Source: an uncultured Candidatus Cloacimonadota bacterium (GTDB taxonomy: Bacteria > Cloacimonadota > Cloacimonadia > Cloacimonadales > TCS61). Taken from it: 41,263 bases of DNA. A model generated the notes under the pieces. The model made no database searches. It had not been told where the DNA came from and saw only the letters and a list, made by a program, of their open reading frames with translations. The first letter of the stretch is position 1. Each line of letters begins with the position of its first letter. Where the stretch lies: the NCBI GenBank assembly GCA_964419355.1, contig CAYQOZ010000003.1:1-41263 (forward strand), written 5' to 3'. This document shows, in pieces, positions 1 through 8,633 of this stretch. The position numbers and the translations under genes are program-made.

Positions 1-81
1 TTTGCGAGCGGGATTTATTTTTATAAATTATCCGGAAATGGAAAGACAATTGCGACTAAAAAGATGCTTTTGCTGAAATAA
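1..81 (+). CDS. 3' end of a secreted protein with a T9SS type A-like/FlgD-Ig C-terminal sorting domain (partial)
   Basis: Frame 1 translates FASGIYFYKLSGNGKTIATKKMLLLK*, matching the C-terminus of the 30327..33929 protein (FSSGIYFYRL...KTKKCLLIK). Not in the ORF track because it is truncated. Confidence 0.85.
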   Translation, partial: FASGIYFYKLSGNGKTIATKKMLLLK

Positions 82-103
82 TTTTATTCGGCATTGTGTA
101 AAA

Positions 104-169
104 TTGCTATTAATGTTTGGCGTGTGCCACGATTCTTCTTGCTTAGATTTAACAACTGTTATACACACG
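104..169. repeat. attC-like site 1 (degenerate)
   Basis: AATGTTTGGCGTGTGC (112-127) matches AATGTTTGGTGTGTGC (1371-1386) at 15/16. GTTATAC lies at 158-164. CGTGTG (121-126) and CACACG (164-169) form an inverted pair. Confidence 0.45.
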
Positions 170-190
170 ATAATTTAAAGGAGATTTATT

Positions 191-1363
191 GTGAGAAAGA
201 TTGAAAACACTCAAAGCAAACCGATTAAGCTATGGTTAGATGACATTGAAGATGGAGCCTTAGAACAAGCAAAAAACCTTGCAAACTTGCCCTTCTTGCA
301 TAAATGGGTTGCAATAATGCCAGACTCACATCAAGGTTATGGAATGCCAATCGGTGGAGTAATTGCTTGTGATAAGGTTGTAATTCCAAATGCAGTTGGG
401 GTAGATATTGGTTGCGGAATGTGTGCAATCAAAACAAGCCTTACAGAAATAAACACGGAAACGCTCAAAAAAATAATGGGAGAAATCAGAAAAGCTATTC
501 CTGTTGGCTTCGATCACCATAAAGAAATGCAAGATTTTGAATTAATGCCAAAAGCAGGAAAATCATTAATAGATTTCTATCCAGTAGTTTACAGTCAATA
601 TGATTCAGCATTAAAACAACTAGGGACTCTTGGGGGTGGAAATCATTTTATTGAAATTCAAAAAGGGAACGATGGTCATGTTTGGATAATGATTCACTCA
701 GGCAGTAGAAATCTTGGTTTCAAAGTGGCAAAACATTACAATGACATTGCGAAGAAAATAAATAAGCAATGGTTTGTTTCTGTTCCTGAAAAATACGATC
801 TTGCATTCTTACCAATCGAAACGGACGAAGCAAAAAACTATATGACTGAAATGCAATACTGTGTAGATTTTGCTTATGCAAATAGAAAACTGATGATGGA
901 TAATGTGACTAATATATTTTGTAAGTATTTTCAAAATGTAGAATTTGATGATATGATAAACATTGCTCATAATTATGCAGCGTGGGAAAATCATTTCAAT
1001 AAAAATGTGATAGTTCACAGAAAAGGTGCTACACTTGCAAGAAAAGGAACTATCGGGATTATACCAGGAAGTCAAGGGACTAAAAGTTATATTGTTGAAG
1101 GTCTCGGCAATAAAGACAGCTTTGAAAGTTGCTCACATGGGGCAGGTCGAACAATGGGAAGAAAACAGGCTTGCAGAACTCTAAACCTCAAAGAAGAAAT
1201 TACAAAACTAGATGACCAAGGAATTGTCCATGGAATTAGACATCAAAATGATTTAGATGAGGCAAGCGGAGCCTATAAAGATATAAGCGTAGTAATGGAT
1301 AACCAAGGAGATCTTGTAAAAATATTAGTTGAACTTATTCCGTTAGGTGTAATAAAAGGCTGA
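191..1363 (+). CDS. rtcB: RtcB family RNA ligase (3'-phosphate/2',3'-cyclic phosphate to 5'-OH)
   Basis: Motifs MPDSH, GVDIGCG, GTLGGGNHFIE, HSGSR, HNY, HRKGAT, PGSQG, SHGAGR, DE..AYKD and terminal IKG. SD AAGGAG precedes the GTG start. Confidence 0.96.
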   Translation: MRKIENTQSKPIKLWLDDIEDGALEQAKNLANLPFLHKWVAIMPDSHQGYGMPIGGVIACDKVVIPNAVGVDIGCGMCAIKTSLTEINTETLKKIMGEIRKAIPVGFDHHKEMQDFELMPKAGKSLIDFYPVVYSQYDSALKQLGTLGGGNHFIEIQKGNDGHVWIMIHSGSRNLGFKVAKHYNDIAKKINKQWFVSVPEKYDLAFLPIETDEAKNYMTEMQYCVDFAYANRKLMMDNVTNIFCKYFQNVEFDDMINIAHNYAAWENHFNKNVIVHRKGATLARKGTIGIIPGSQGTKSYIVEGLGNKDSFESCSHGAGRTMGRKQACRTLNLKEEITKLDDQGIVHGIRHQNDLDEASGAYKDISVVMDNQGDLVKILVELIPLGVIKG

Positions 1364-1495
1364 TGTGCACAATGTTTGGTGTGTGCGGTGGTATCAGAAT
1401 GATTCAGCCCGTAAAAACCGCTAAACTCTGAACCGGTACGGTTCAGGACAAAGCCACCGACCGACTGAACCGAAGACACGTTTGTTAGTGGCATT
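1364..1495. repeat. attC-like site 2, GC-rich imperfect palindrome
   Basis: Begins TGTGCACAATGTTTGGTGTGTGC right after the rtcB stop and ends GTTAGTGGCATT. Outer arms GTGT..GGTATCAG / CTGAACC..ACAC pair imperfectly. Internal perfect 8-bp hairpin CTGAACCG-gta-CGGTTCAG at 1428-1446. Confidence 0.55.
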
Positions 1496-1814
1496 TCTGT
1501 ATCTCTTCGGTTACAACATTTATTGCAACAAATTGAATTTTATCAATCATTTCTGACAAACTTTTAAAATAATCTCTGATTATTAAATCTGGATTTTCTT
1601 TTATCAATTTTTGAATTTGTAATGTACTTTTGAAAAGCTCATCCAGTTTTGAAATTAACTTTAGCTCTTGATTAGAAGGATTTGGAATTGTTAACAACGC
1701 ATTTTTTAAATCAAGAGCAAATGGTTTTACTATTCGAATTATAAAACTATAAAAATCATCGTAATTACATTTGCCGTTTTTATTAATATGTTGCTGTTTC
1801 CATTGAATATTCAA
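1485..1814 (-). CDS. Hypothetical 109-aa protein (cassette-like)
   Basis: SD AGGAGA before the TTG start. The stop TAA lies within CACTAAC. Flanked by an 11-bp inverted repeat (1485-1495 / 1837-1847). No recognisable domain. Confidence 0.6.
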   Translation of the reverse strand: MNIQWKQQHINKNGKCNYDDFYSFIIRIVKPFALDLKNALLTIPNPSNQELKLISKLDELFKSTLQIQKLIKENPDLIIRDYFKSLSEMIDKIQFVAINVVTEEIQKCH

Positions 1815-1836
1815 ATCAATCTCCTGATTTCAACTT

Positions 1837-1928
1837 AATGCCACTAATGCCTGTATCCCCGACAAATTCATCTGATTTTGTCGTATATCACTCCACTATG
1901 AGTGTGTATGTGACAATTGTCGTGGATA
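1837..1928. repeat. Cassette-boundary site 3 (inverted repeats)
   Basis: AATGCCACTAAT followed by TATCCCCGACAA (1854-1865) / TTGTCGTGGATA (1917-1928), an 11/12 inverted repeat. Nested CGACAAA/TTTGTCG stem at 1860-1883. Confidence 0.45.
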
Positions 1929-1962
1929 TTTCTTTTACATTTATCTCTCTTCACCTCGCTAT

Positions 1963-1992
1963 CGAAAAAAATAATCTCTCTTTTGTTGTCAA
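1963..1992 (-). promoter_or_regulatory. Putative promoter pointing into the cassette block
   Basis: Minus strand TTGACA-N18-TTTTCG, the same layout as nine other intergenic sites in the window. Confidence 0.5.
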
Positions 1993-1996
1993 ATAA

Positions 1997-2887
1997 TTAC
2001 CCTAACTTTGAGCGTTTAATAAGGTACTGCAATAAATTTTCTTCGAATGGGGTTGCGGTCGTTATCGGATTGTATTCGATGAAAGATTCGTGGCATTTTG
2101 TTTTGAGGTATTTCACGTTATTGTCGTATTCATTCAAATAATCTTTTTTAATTTGCCACGGGTTTACAGTGATTTTTTCGTTAGTTTCGGCATCGATAAA
2201 CTGAGTTTCTCTCTTAAAATCAAATTTAGTTTCCTGCTTATCTTGGATGTGGAATAATATCACTTCGTGCTTATTATGTCTGAAATGTTGTAGTCCATTC
2301 AAAATATTTTTTGGCTCATCGATCATATCAGAAATGAGAATAATGAGACTTCTCTTTTTTATTTTATCTGCTAAAGTATGCAGAATGTCCAAAGTTTCAG
2401 TCTTATTTTGTGGCTGTAGATTGTGAACATTTTTAAGAATCTCATTCAGGTAAGTTCGCATTGAGCGAGGTGGAATGTAATTCGTAATTTTGTTTGTGTA
2501 GGTTAGCAAACCAACTGCATCTTGTTGGGAAATCATTAAATAAGAGAGTGCAGAAGCAAGAGCTTTTGCATATTCCAATTTAGATATTTTTTCAGAAGTA
2601 TAACCCATAGAAGCACTATGATCAAGAATGATATATGATTTTAGATTTGTCTCTTCTTCGAATCTTTTAATGTAATATCTTTTGGTTTTGGCATAAACTT
2701 TCCAATCCAAATTTTTGATAGAATCACCCGGAATATATTGCCGATGATCAGAGAATTCAGCGCTAAAACCGTGGTAAGGCGATTTGTGTAAACCTGTGAT
2801 AAATCCTTCTACAATCAGGCGTGCTCGCAAATTAAATTTATCCAAGTTGACGATAAATTCATTAGAAAGAAAATCTTTTTTTGTCAT
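1997..2887 (-). CDS. DUF58 (MoxR-associated vWA-like) protein
   Basis: G.HKSPYHGFSAEFSDHRQY.PGD, DWKVYA, KRFEEETN, ILDHSASM, ILISD. Confidence 0.93.
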   Translation of the reverse strand: MTKKDFLSNEFIVNLDKFNLRARLIVEGFITGLHKSPYHGFSAEFSDHRQYIPGDSIKNLDWKVYAKTKRYYIKRFEEETNLKSYIILDHSASMGYTSEKISKLEYAKALASALSYLMISQQDAVGLLTYTNKITNYIPPRSMRTYLNEILKNVHNLQPQNKTETLDILHTLADKIKKRSLIILISDMIDEPKNILNGLQHFRHNKHEVILFHIQDKQETKFDFKRETQFIDAETNEKITVNPWQIKKDYLNEYDNNVKYLKTKCHESFIEYNPITTATPFEENLLQYLIKRSKLG

Positions 2888-2902
2888 CAGTTATTTGTAA
2901 AA

Positions 2903-3088
2903 TTACTCATCATTATGTTTATTCATTCCAATAATTATCGCCATCGGAAATAAAACCACATAAGAAATTATTAACAATATCGGTGAGATTGTTTTGTCGC
3001 CAGTTCCCATAATTATATAACCGATTATAGTTACGATTATGGCGATGATTAACAAAGTTGCGTTGGTTTTTGTAAAAACGAATTTCAT
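2903..3088 (-). CDS. Small two-TM membrane protein (DUF3098-like)
   Basis: Two hydrophobic helices (IIGYIIM; TISPILLIISY). Start moved to ATG 3088 because GAGGT lies upstream of it. Confidence 0.7.
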   Translation of the reverse strand: MKFVFTKTNATLLIIAIIVTIIGYIIMGTGDKTISPILLIISYVVLFPMAIIIGMNKHNDE

Positions 3089-3098
3089 AATTACCTCT

Positions 3099-4985
3099 TT
3101 ATTCTTCATTAAAATATTTTTCGATTAATTCGATTGAGTTTTTCACAGCATTTTCGTTATTATCAATTAAAATTGTTTTTCGAAAATATTTTTCTGCTTC
3201 TTCCATATTATTTAATTTTAGATAAATTTTTCCTAAATGAAAAGTGATTTCGCTGTGTTGTAAATTTTTTTCGAGTGGAATTTTCATCGTCGAAAGAGCT
3301 TCTTCAAAACGGTTTGTTCGATATAAAAGCCAAGCATAACTATCCCAAATCATCGCATCTTCTGGTTTAATTTGAGTAGCTTTTATCAGCATTTCTTCCG
3401 CCATTTCATATTTGGAAGCGATTTCATTATCGGCAATTGTATAAGCAAGGCTATTCATTATTGCGGCATTATTCGGATAAAGTTTTAAACTTTCTTCAAG
3501 AATTTGGATAATTTTATTTAATTCAAGAAATTCTTTTGAAATCATCGAAAATAACAAAAAAGTTTCAGAAGTGGGCTTTTCAGCATTTTCTATTTCATTG
3601 AGCAAAATTTCAAATGCGATTTTATCTTTTCCGACATCCAATAATATTCTGGAAATAACTTCATTTACAGGAATTTCTAAATTGTTAGAGTTTTCTAAAA
3701 TATTTCTTGCTTTATCAATTTCGGAAGAATTTATAAGGTAAATCATTGCCACAAATAATTGCAAATTATTTTCCTGAATATAGTCTTCCGACAGCATTTC
3801 CAAATGCTCGATGGCTTTGTTATTTTCCTCAAAATCTGAATAAAAATTGGTGAGAATATAATTAGCATTATCAGATTGTTTTGTATTTTGCTTATATTTT
3901 AAGAAAAGATTTTCCAATTTATCCTTACTAAAATTGCTATCAAAATATGACATAAATCTATCTAAATAATTAATATCATTAACTTTGTCAAGCGTGTGAA
4001 ATGCTTCTTCATCAGAATTATTTAATAATAACATCGCAGAATAGGAACTGTAAAAAAAATGTAGAAATTGACCTGATAAATCATTAATTTCTTCTAATTT
4101 TTTTGCGATTTTAATTCCTAATTCCGCATTTTTCACCATTGTAGCGGATACAAACATATGTTTCAAAATAGATTTATTTCCAATATTAAAACATCTTTCG
4201 GCATTTTGCAAAATTTTATCAAAATACAAAAATTCGAATAAGCGTTCGACATAATAAGTCATCAGTTGGTCTGGCACATTTTCGTTATTTGCCAATCGAT
4301 TATCAATAATTTCTATAATCTCATCAATCTTTTTTTCTTTATCAAAATAGCGAATCAATTCGATTAATGTATCTTCGTTATTCCAAATGAGATGAGCTTT
4401 TTTTAGAATTTCATATTCAATTTTAGGATCAATTTCGTGATAAAAATGGGCCATTTGCAAAACGCTATCTTGGTTATTCCATGTTAATTTTCGGGCTCGA
4501 TTTAAAAGTGATGTATCTTGTATTGCAAGAACCTCTAATTGAAATTGATAGTAAGAGAGCAGGTTTACAAGATTAGCTTCAAGATCAATTGCCAGTTTGA
4601 AATATTTTTTGGCTTTTTTATTGTTTTCAGATTTCCAATTTATATGTGCCAAAATCTTAATCATGTTAGCAGAATAGAGTTTTTCAGCATAATATTTATC
4701 GCCAAGTTCTATCAATTCTTTTTCAATATTTTTATCGAACAGAGCTTGAAGATAGAGAATTTCCACTAATTTTTCTTTGATGTAAATATTATTCGGTGCA
4801 GCAGCATCTGCTTGTTTGAAATATTTAATAGCTAATTCAAATTCACCATTTTGCATCGCTGTTTCAGCAAAAGTAAAGTAGTTGATAGACGCGAGATTAA
4901 CTTGAGCAGGATTGTCTATTTCGGCTGATAGAGCTACACCTCCGAAAAAAATCGGAATTAGTAAATATAGAAATCCTTTTTTCAT
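3099..4985 (-). CDS. Exported TPR-repeat protein
   Basis: Signal peptide. TPR-like C-terminus NSLAYTIA...WDSYAWLLY...FHLGKIY. Confidence 0.85.
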   Translation of the reverse strand: MKKGFLYLLIPIFFGGVALSAEIDNPAQVNLASINYFTFAETAMQNGEFELAIKYFKQADAAAPNNIYIKEKLVEILYLQALFDKNIEKELIELGDKYYAEKLYSANMIKILAHINWKSENNKKAKKYFKLAIDLEANLVNLLSYYQFQLEVLAIQDTSLLNRARKLTWNNQDSVLQMAHFYHEIDPKIEYEILKKAHLIWNNEDTLIELIRYFDKEKKIDEIIEIIDNRLANNENVPDQLMTYYVERLFEFLYFDKILQNAERCFNIGNKSILKHMFVSATMVKNAELGIKIAKKLEEINDLSGQFLHFFYSSYSAMLLLNNSDEEAFHTLDKVNDINYLDRFMSYFDSNFSKDKLENLFLKYKQNTKQSDNANYILTNFYSDFEENNKAIEHLEMLSEDYIQENNLQLFVAMIYLINSSEIDKARNILENSNNLEIPVNEVISRILLDVGKDKIAFEILLNEIENAEKPTSETFLLFSMISKEFLELNKIIQILEESLKLYPNNAAIMNSLAYTIADNEIASKYEMAEEMLIKATQIKPEDAMIWDSYAWLLYRTNRFEEALSTMKIPLEKNLQHSEITFHLGKIYLKLNNMEEAEKYFRKTILIDNNENAVKNSIELIEKYFNEE

Positions 4986-4991
4986 ATAATT

Positions 4992-5765
4992 TTAGAAAGT
5001 CATATTGTAGAGCAATGTCAATGACCTGTCACTACCAGAAAAATTAGTTTTATTGTTTTGGAGAATGTCTAAAAAAGAGATTTTTAAGATTATGGATTCA
5101 GTGAAATGAATATCAGCTGAAGCATTTAGATAGCCTTTCCCGTCAGCACAACCAAGGTTTTCATCTATTTGGTCAATGAATTTTTCCTCATCATCGTTCC
5201 AAGCAAAATCATATTCACATAAAAGATTTATGACATCACCGATTGTTTTATCAATTCCTAAGAATACATTTATATCTTTATCATCACCATCTTCTCTGCT
5301 CTCGATATTTTTATTTAACCCCAAATGTGTTCCTAAATTTCCAAAAAATGCCCAATTTTTACTGGCAACCAAATAAGCCCCTTTTGATTTAATATCGTAT
5401 CGGTTTATCTCGTCAATATAATTTCCGTGACCTTGTGAATCATATCCCAAAGCAACTGCCGGATATTTTGCAGATTCGTCTAAAATGCGTAATTTGGCAT
5501 TAAATTCCACTCGTTTATGCCATTCTGGAGATATATTTCCAACAAGTTGTTCCGCACCATAACTTACCCCAAACATAAAACGCGGAAATAAACCAACTTT
5601 AGCTCCGAGCAAAAGTCCATTATTTTTGTAAATTTTAGCTGATATTTCGTATTCACCTTTTTGCAGGATTCCGGCGGTGGGGGTATTAATTAAATTATTT
5701 AATTCAAACGAATATGCAAAACGGGAAATAACCAGAACAAGAACGAATAAAATGATTTTTTTCAT
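4992..5765 (-). CDS. Putative outer-membrane beta-barrel (YjbH-like)
   Basis: Signal peptide, LINTPTA.IL motif, amphipathic strands, PAVALG, terminal Y..TF. Confidence 0.65.
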   Translation of the reverse strand: MKKIILFVLVLVISRFAYSFELNNLINTPTAGILQKGEYEISAKIYKNNGLLLGAKVGLFPRFMFGVSYGAEQLVGNISPEWHKRVEFNAKLRILDESAKYPAVALGYDSQGHGNYIDEINRYDIKSKGAYLVASKNWAFFGNLGTHLGLNKNIESREDGDDKDINVFLGIDKTIGDVINLLCEYDFAWNDDEEKFIDQIDENLGCADGKGYLNASADIHFTESIILKISFLDILQNNKTNFSGSDRSLTLLYNMTF

Positions 5766-5839
5766 ACTACACTCCTCGATAATTTTTTGCTAAATTTAAA
5801 CAACAATGTTTACAAAATTTCATCATAAATATTTGTAAC

Positions 5840-5893
5840 CCAAAAAAAGAATCTTGAAAAAGCTTGCAATAAATTTATTGAAAAATCTTTTAG
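5840..5893. promoter_or_regulatory. Putative divergent promoters sharing a palindromic TTGCAA (5864-5869)
   Basis: Plus strand TTGCAA-N18-TTTTAG. Minus strand TTGCAA-N18-TTTTGG. Confidence 0.45.
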
Positions 5894-5985
5894 GATTGAT
5901 TGTTTTTTTGAAATATGAAAGTAATATTTTGTAGATTAATTGGCGAGGAAAAATAAGAAAATAGATTATTTTTAAAGGAGAAATT

Positions 5986-7995
5986 TTGAAAAAATATTTG
6001 ATGATAACATTAATTTTGTTGAGTGGATGTGTCTATTACAACACCTTTTACAATGCGGAGCAGTATTTTGCAGAAGCCCAGAAAATGGAATTGCAAGATA
6101 GCGGAAAACCTACTTCTGGTGCGATTCAAAAATATAATAAAACGATAAAAAAATGCGAAATAGTTTTGGAATATTATGAGAATAGTGAATATTCAGATGA
6201 TGCAATTTTTTTGATGGCAAAATCATTTTTTTATATTGGAAATAATTATACTCAAGCAGTCTCAAATTTTGAAAATTTGATGAAATATTACCCCAAAAGT
6301 GAATATTTTTCGGAAGCAAAATTATTTCTTGCTCAAGCAAAATTCAGATTAAATGATAAAGAAGAAGCATACGATATTTTGCAAAAATTCATAGTAAATG
6401 ATTACTTTAAAGATTTGCATCCTTTGGCTTTGAAAATTTTGGCAAATTTTAATTTAGAAGAAGAAAATTATATTGAGTCTGAATATTATTTAAGAAAAAT
6501 AATCGAAGAATATCCAGAATCTGCCGAATATGAATCTGCTTTTTTTATGCGCGGAAAAACACAAACAGATGCCAAAAATTTTCCAAAAGCAATCGAAATA
6601 TTTTCTTCTCTTTTGGAAACAGAAATCAAGAGATCTATAAAATTGGATGCACGCTATTTTCTTAGTTACAACTATTTGCAATTGGAAAATTATGCGAAAG
6701 CAAAGGCGATATCCGAAGATTTGCTAAAAAATGAATATCGTGAAAATAAGATTTCAAAAATACAAATGGTTCTGGCTCGAGCACAGGCAAGATTGGAAGA
6801 AGTTGAGGAAGCAAAGGAATTATTTGAGGTAATTATTAACGATAATAAACGAACTGATTTGGCGGCTGAAGCCAATTTTTATCTGGGCGAAATGTATTAT
6901 CTTGTCCTAAAAGATTATGAAAAAGCAATTGAATCATATATTGAAGTTGTGATGAAATTTAAAAATTCCAAGTTTGTTGAACCTGCAATTGCCAGAAGTA
7001 TTGTCGCCAACCAAATTGTAAAATTTCACAATCCAGATAAAAATACAGATATTGAAGATCTTATTCTGCAACATTTCAAGCTGGCTGAATATTATATTGA
7101 TATTTTAGAACAGCCAGATTCGGCAATTATTATTTATGATAAAATTTTGGAAAGAAGGATTAATATTCAATTTCAGGCTGATTCTTTGGATAGTAAGATT
7201 GTCGAAATCGATACCGAAATAGATTCATTAAATATCATTATTTCCGAAATACAAGCGGGTGAAGATTCTTTAAATGTTCGAAAAAAATATGACGATGAAA
7301 AAAAAATATTTTCTGATGAAAAAGAAGAATTTTTGGATTTTAAAAATAACCTTGATGAAGCACTGAAATTGTATCATGAAGAATTTATTCCTTATGCAAA
7401 ATTTGTGAAAATTTGGATTTATAACGAATTGAAACAAGATAGCAGTATGACAATCGCAATTTTTGATGAATTGCTGCGAGATTTTCCTGAAAATAAATAT
7501 ACTTGTGCGGCACAAAAACTTTTGAATGATGAAGAGGTAATTATTTCGACTACGAGCGACCTGCAAGAGATTGCAACTTATGAAAATGCACTTGAGTATT
7601 TTTCTGATAATCCGCAAAAAACTGTCGAAATATTAGAGCCAATTTCAGAAAATAAGAATGGTAAATTCGCTGAAAAAGCTAAATTTGTTATAGGCTATCT
7701 CTACTATTTTTCTTTGTCAGATAGTTTAAAAGCAAAAACATATTTGGATACTTTACTCGTAAATTCTGTCGACAATGAAATAAAAAATGCAATTGGAAAA
7801 TTTTATACAAATTCTATCTTCAAAAAATTGGATAGATTGCCAACTTTGGTAGAGTTTGAAAAACAAGAAGAAAAAGAGGAAAAAGAAAGAGAAGAACAAG
7901 AAAACGAGGAAAAAAACTCTGAAGAAGAAACCAATGAAAATCCTCAAAAAAATGTGAATACAACTTCTGATGACCCAGATTCTGGCAAGCAATAA
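5986..7995 (+). CDS. TPR-repeat lipoprotein
   Basis: Lipobox LSG-C followed by VYYNTFYNA, multiple TPRs (YP.S motifs) and an acidic tail. SD AAGGAG before TTG. Confidence 0.85.
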   Translation: MKKYLMITLILLSGCVYYNTFYNAEQYFAEAQKMELQDSGKPTSGAIQKYNKTIKKCEIVLEYYENSEYSDDAIFLMAKSFFYIGNNYTQAVSNFENLMKYYPKSEYFSEAKLFLAQAKFRLNDKEEAYDILQKFIVNDYFKDLHPLALKILANFNLEEENYIESEYYLRKIIEEYPESAEYESAFFMRGKTQTDAKNFPKAIEIFSSLLETEIKRSIKLDARYFLSYNYLQLENYAKAKAISEDLLKNEYRENKISKIQMVLARAQARLEEVEEAKELFEVIINDNKRTDLAAEANFYLGEMYYLVLKDYEKAIESYIEVVMKFKNSKFVEPAIARSIVANQIVKFHNPDKNTDIEDLILQHFKLAEYYIDILEQPDSAIIIYDKILERRINIQFQADSLDSKIVEIDTEIDSLNIIISEIQAGEDSLNVRKKYDDEKKIFSDEKEEFLDFKNNLDEALKLYHEEFIPYAKFVKIWIYNELKQDSSMTIAIFDELLRDFPENKYTCAAQKLLNDEEVIISTTSDLQEIATYENALEYFSDNPQKTVEILEPISENKNGKFAEKAKFVIGYLYYFSLSDSLKAKTYLDTLLVNSVDNEIKNAIGKFYTNSIFKKLDRLPTLVEFEKQEEKEEKEREEQENEEKNSEEETNENPQKNVNTTSDDPDSGKQ

Positions 7996-8630
7996 TGGGC
8001 ATAACTTTTTTTGAAAAACAGAATTTTTTATTGAAGTTATTGTGGGTTTTTCTCGGTATTATTTGCTCGGCTTTCGCCGATATTCACGCCATTCTACTCA
8101 TTTTTCTGACAACATTTATCTATCTATTGTTTGCCCCAAAATTAATTTTATTTTGGCTTCGTGGTTTTTTAAAAATAAGCCCATTTTTTATCTCAATATT
8201 TCTTTTTGGAATTTTTTTTAATATTTCATTTATTTCACAACTTGTTTTGGTCGGAAAAATTTTATTAATTTTGTTATTTTCGGTCTATTTTACCGCAACA
8301 ACAAAAGTTGAAGATTTTCTTTCTGACATTATTTTTTTACCTCAAAATAATTTTATGAGAAATTTGCGCATTTTTTTAATTTCGACATTTCGATTTGTTC
8401 CACTTTTTTTGGAACAGTATAAAATAGCATCCGCGAATTATGAAAATTATTTTCAGATTGCCAAAATAGCACTTCAAAACAGTTTTTGGAAAATTCATGA
8501 AGTAGAAATTTATACATTACAAAAGTTAGAGAATATAAAAATTCGAGAATTTCAGATATTTCCGAATTTGGTTCTTGTCTTTATTCTCATTTTGTATGGA
8601 ATAATTATTTGCAATTTTGATTTATTTTAG
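7995..8630 (+). CDS. Polytopic membrane protein, possibly EcfT/CbiQ-like
   Basis: About five hydrophobic segments. FTATTK and STFRFVP resemble EcfT motifs. TAATG coupling to the upstream gene. Confidence 0.55.
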   Translation: MGITFFEKQNFLLKLLWVFLGIICSAFADIHAILLIFLTTFIYLLFAPKLILFWLRGFLKISPFFISIFLFGIFFNISFISQLVLVGKILLILLFSVYFTATTKVEDFLSDIIFLPQNNFMRNLRIFLISTFRFVPLFLEQYKIASANYENYFQIAKIALQNSFWKIHEVEIYTLQKLENIKIREFQIFPNLVLVFILILYGIIICNFDLF

Positions 8631-8633
8631 GAA

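Noticed and set aside
1935-1940. ATG-TAA start-stop on the minus strand after a purine-rich stretch
   Set aside because: Too short to distinguish from chance.
7855-7940. GAA-rich low-complexity tract
   Set aside because: It simply encodes the acidic tail of the TPR lipoprotein.
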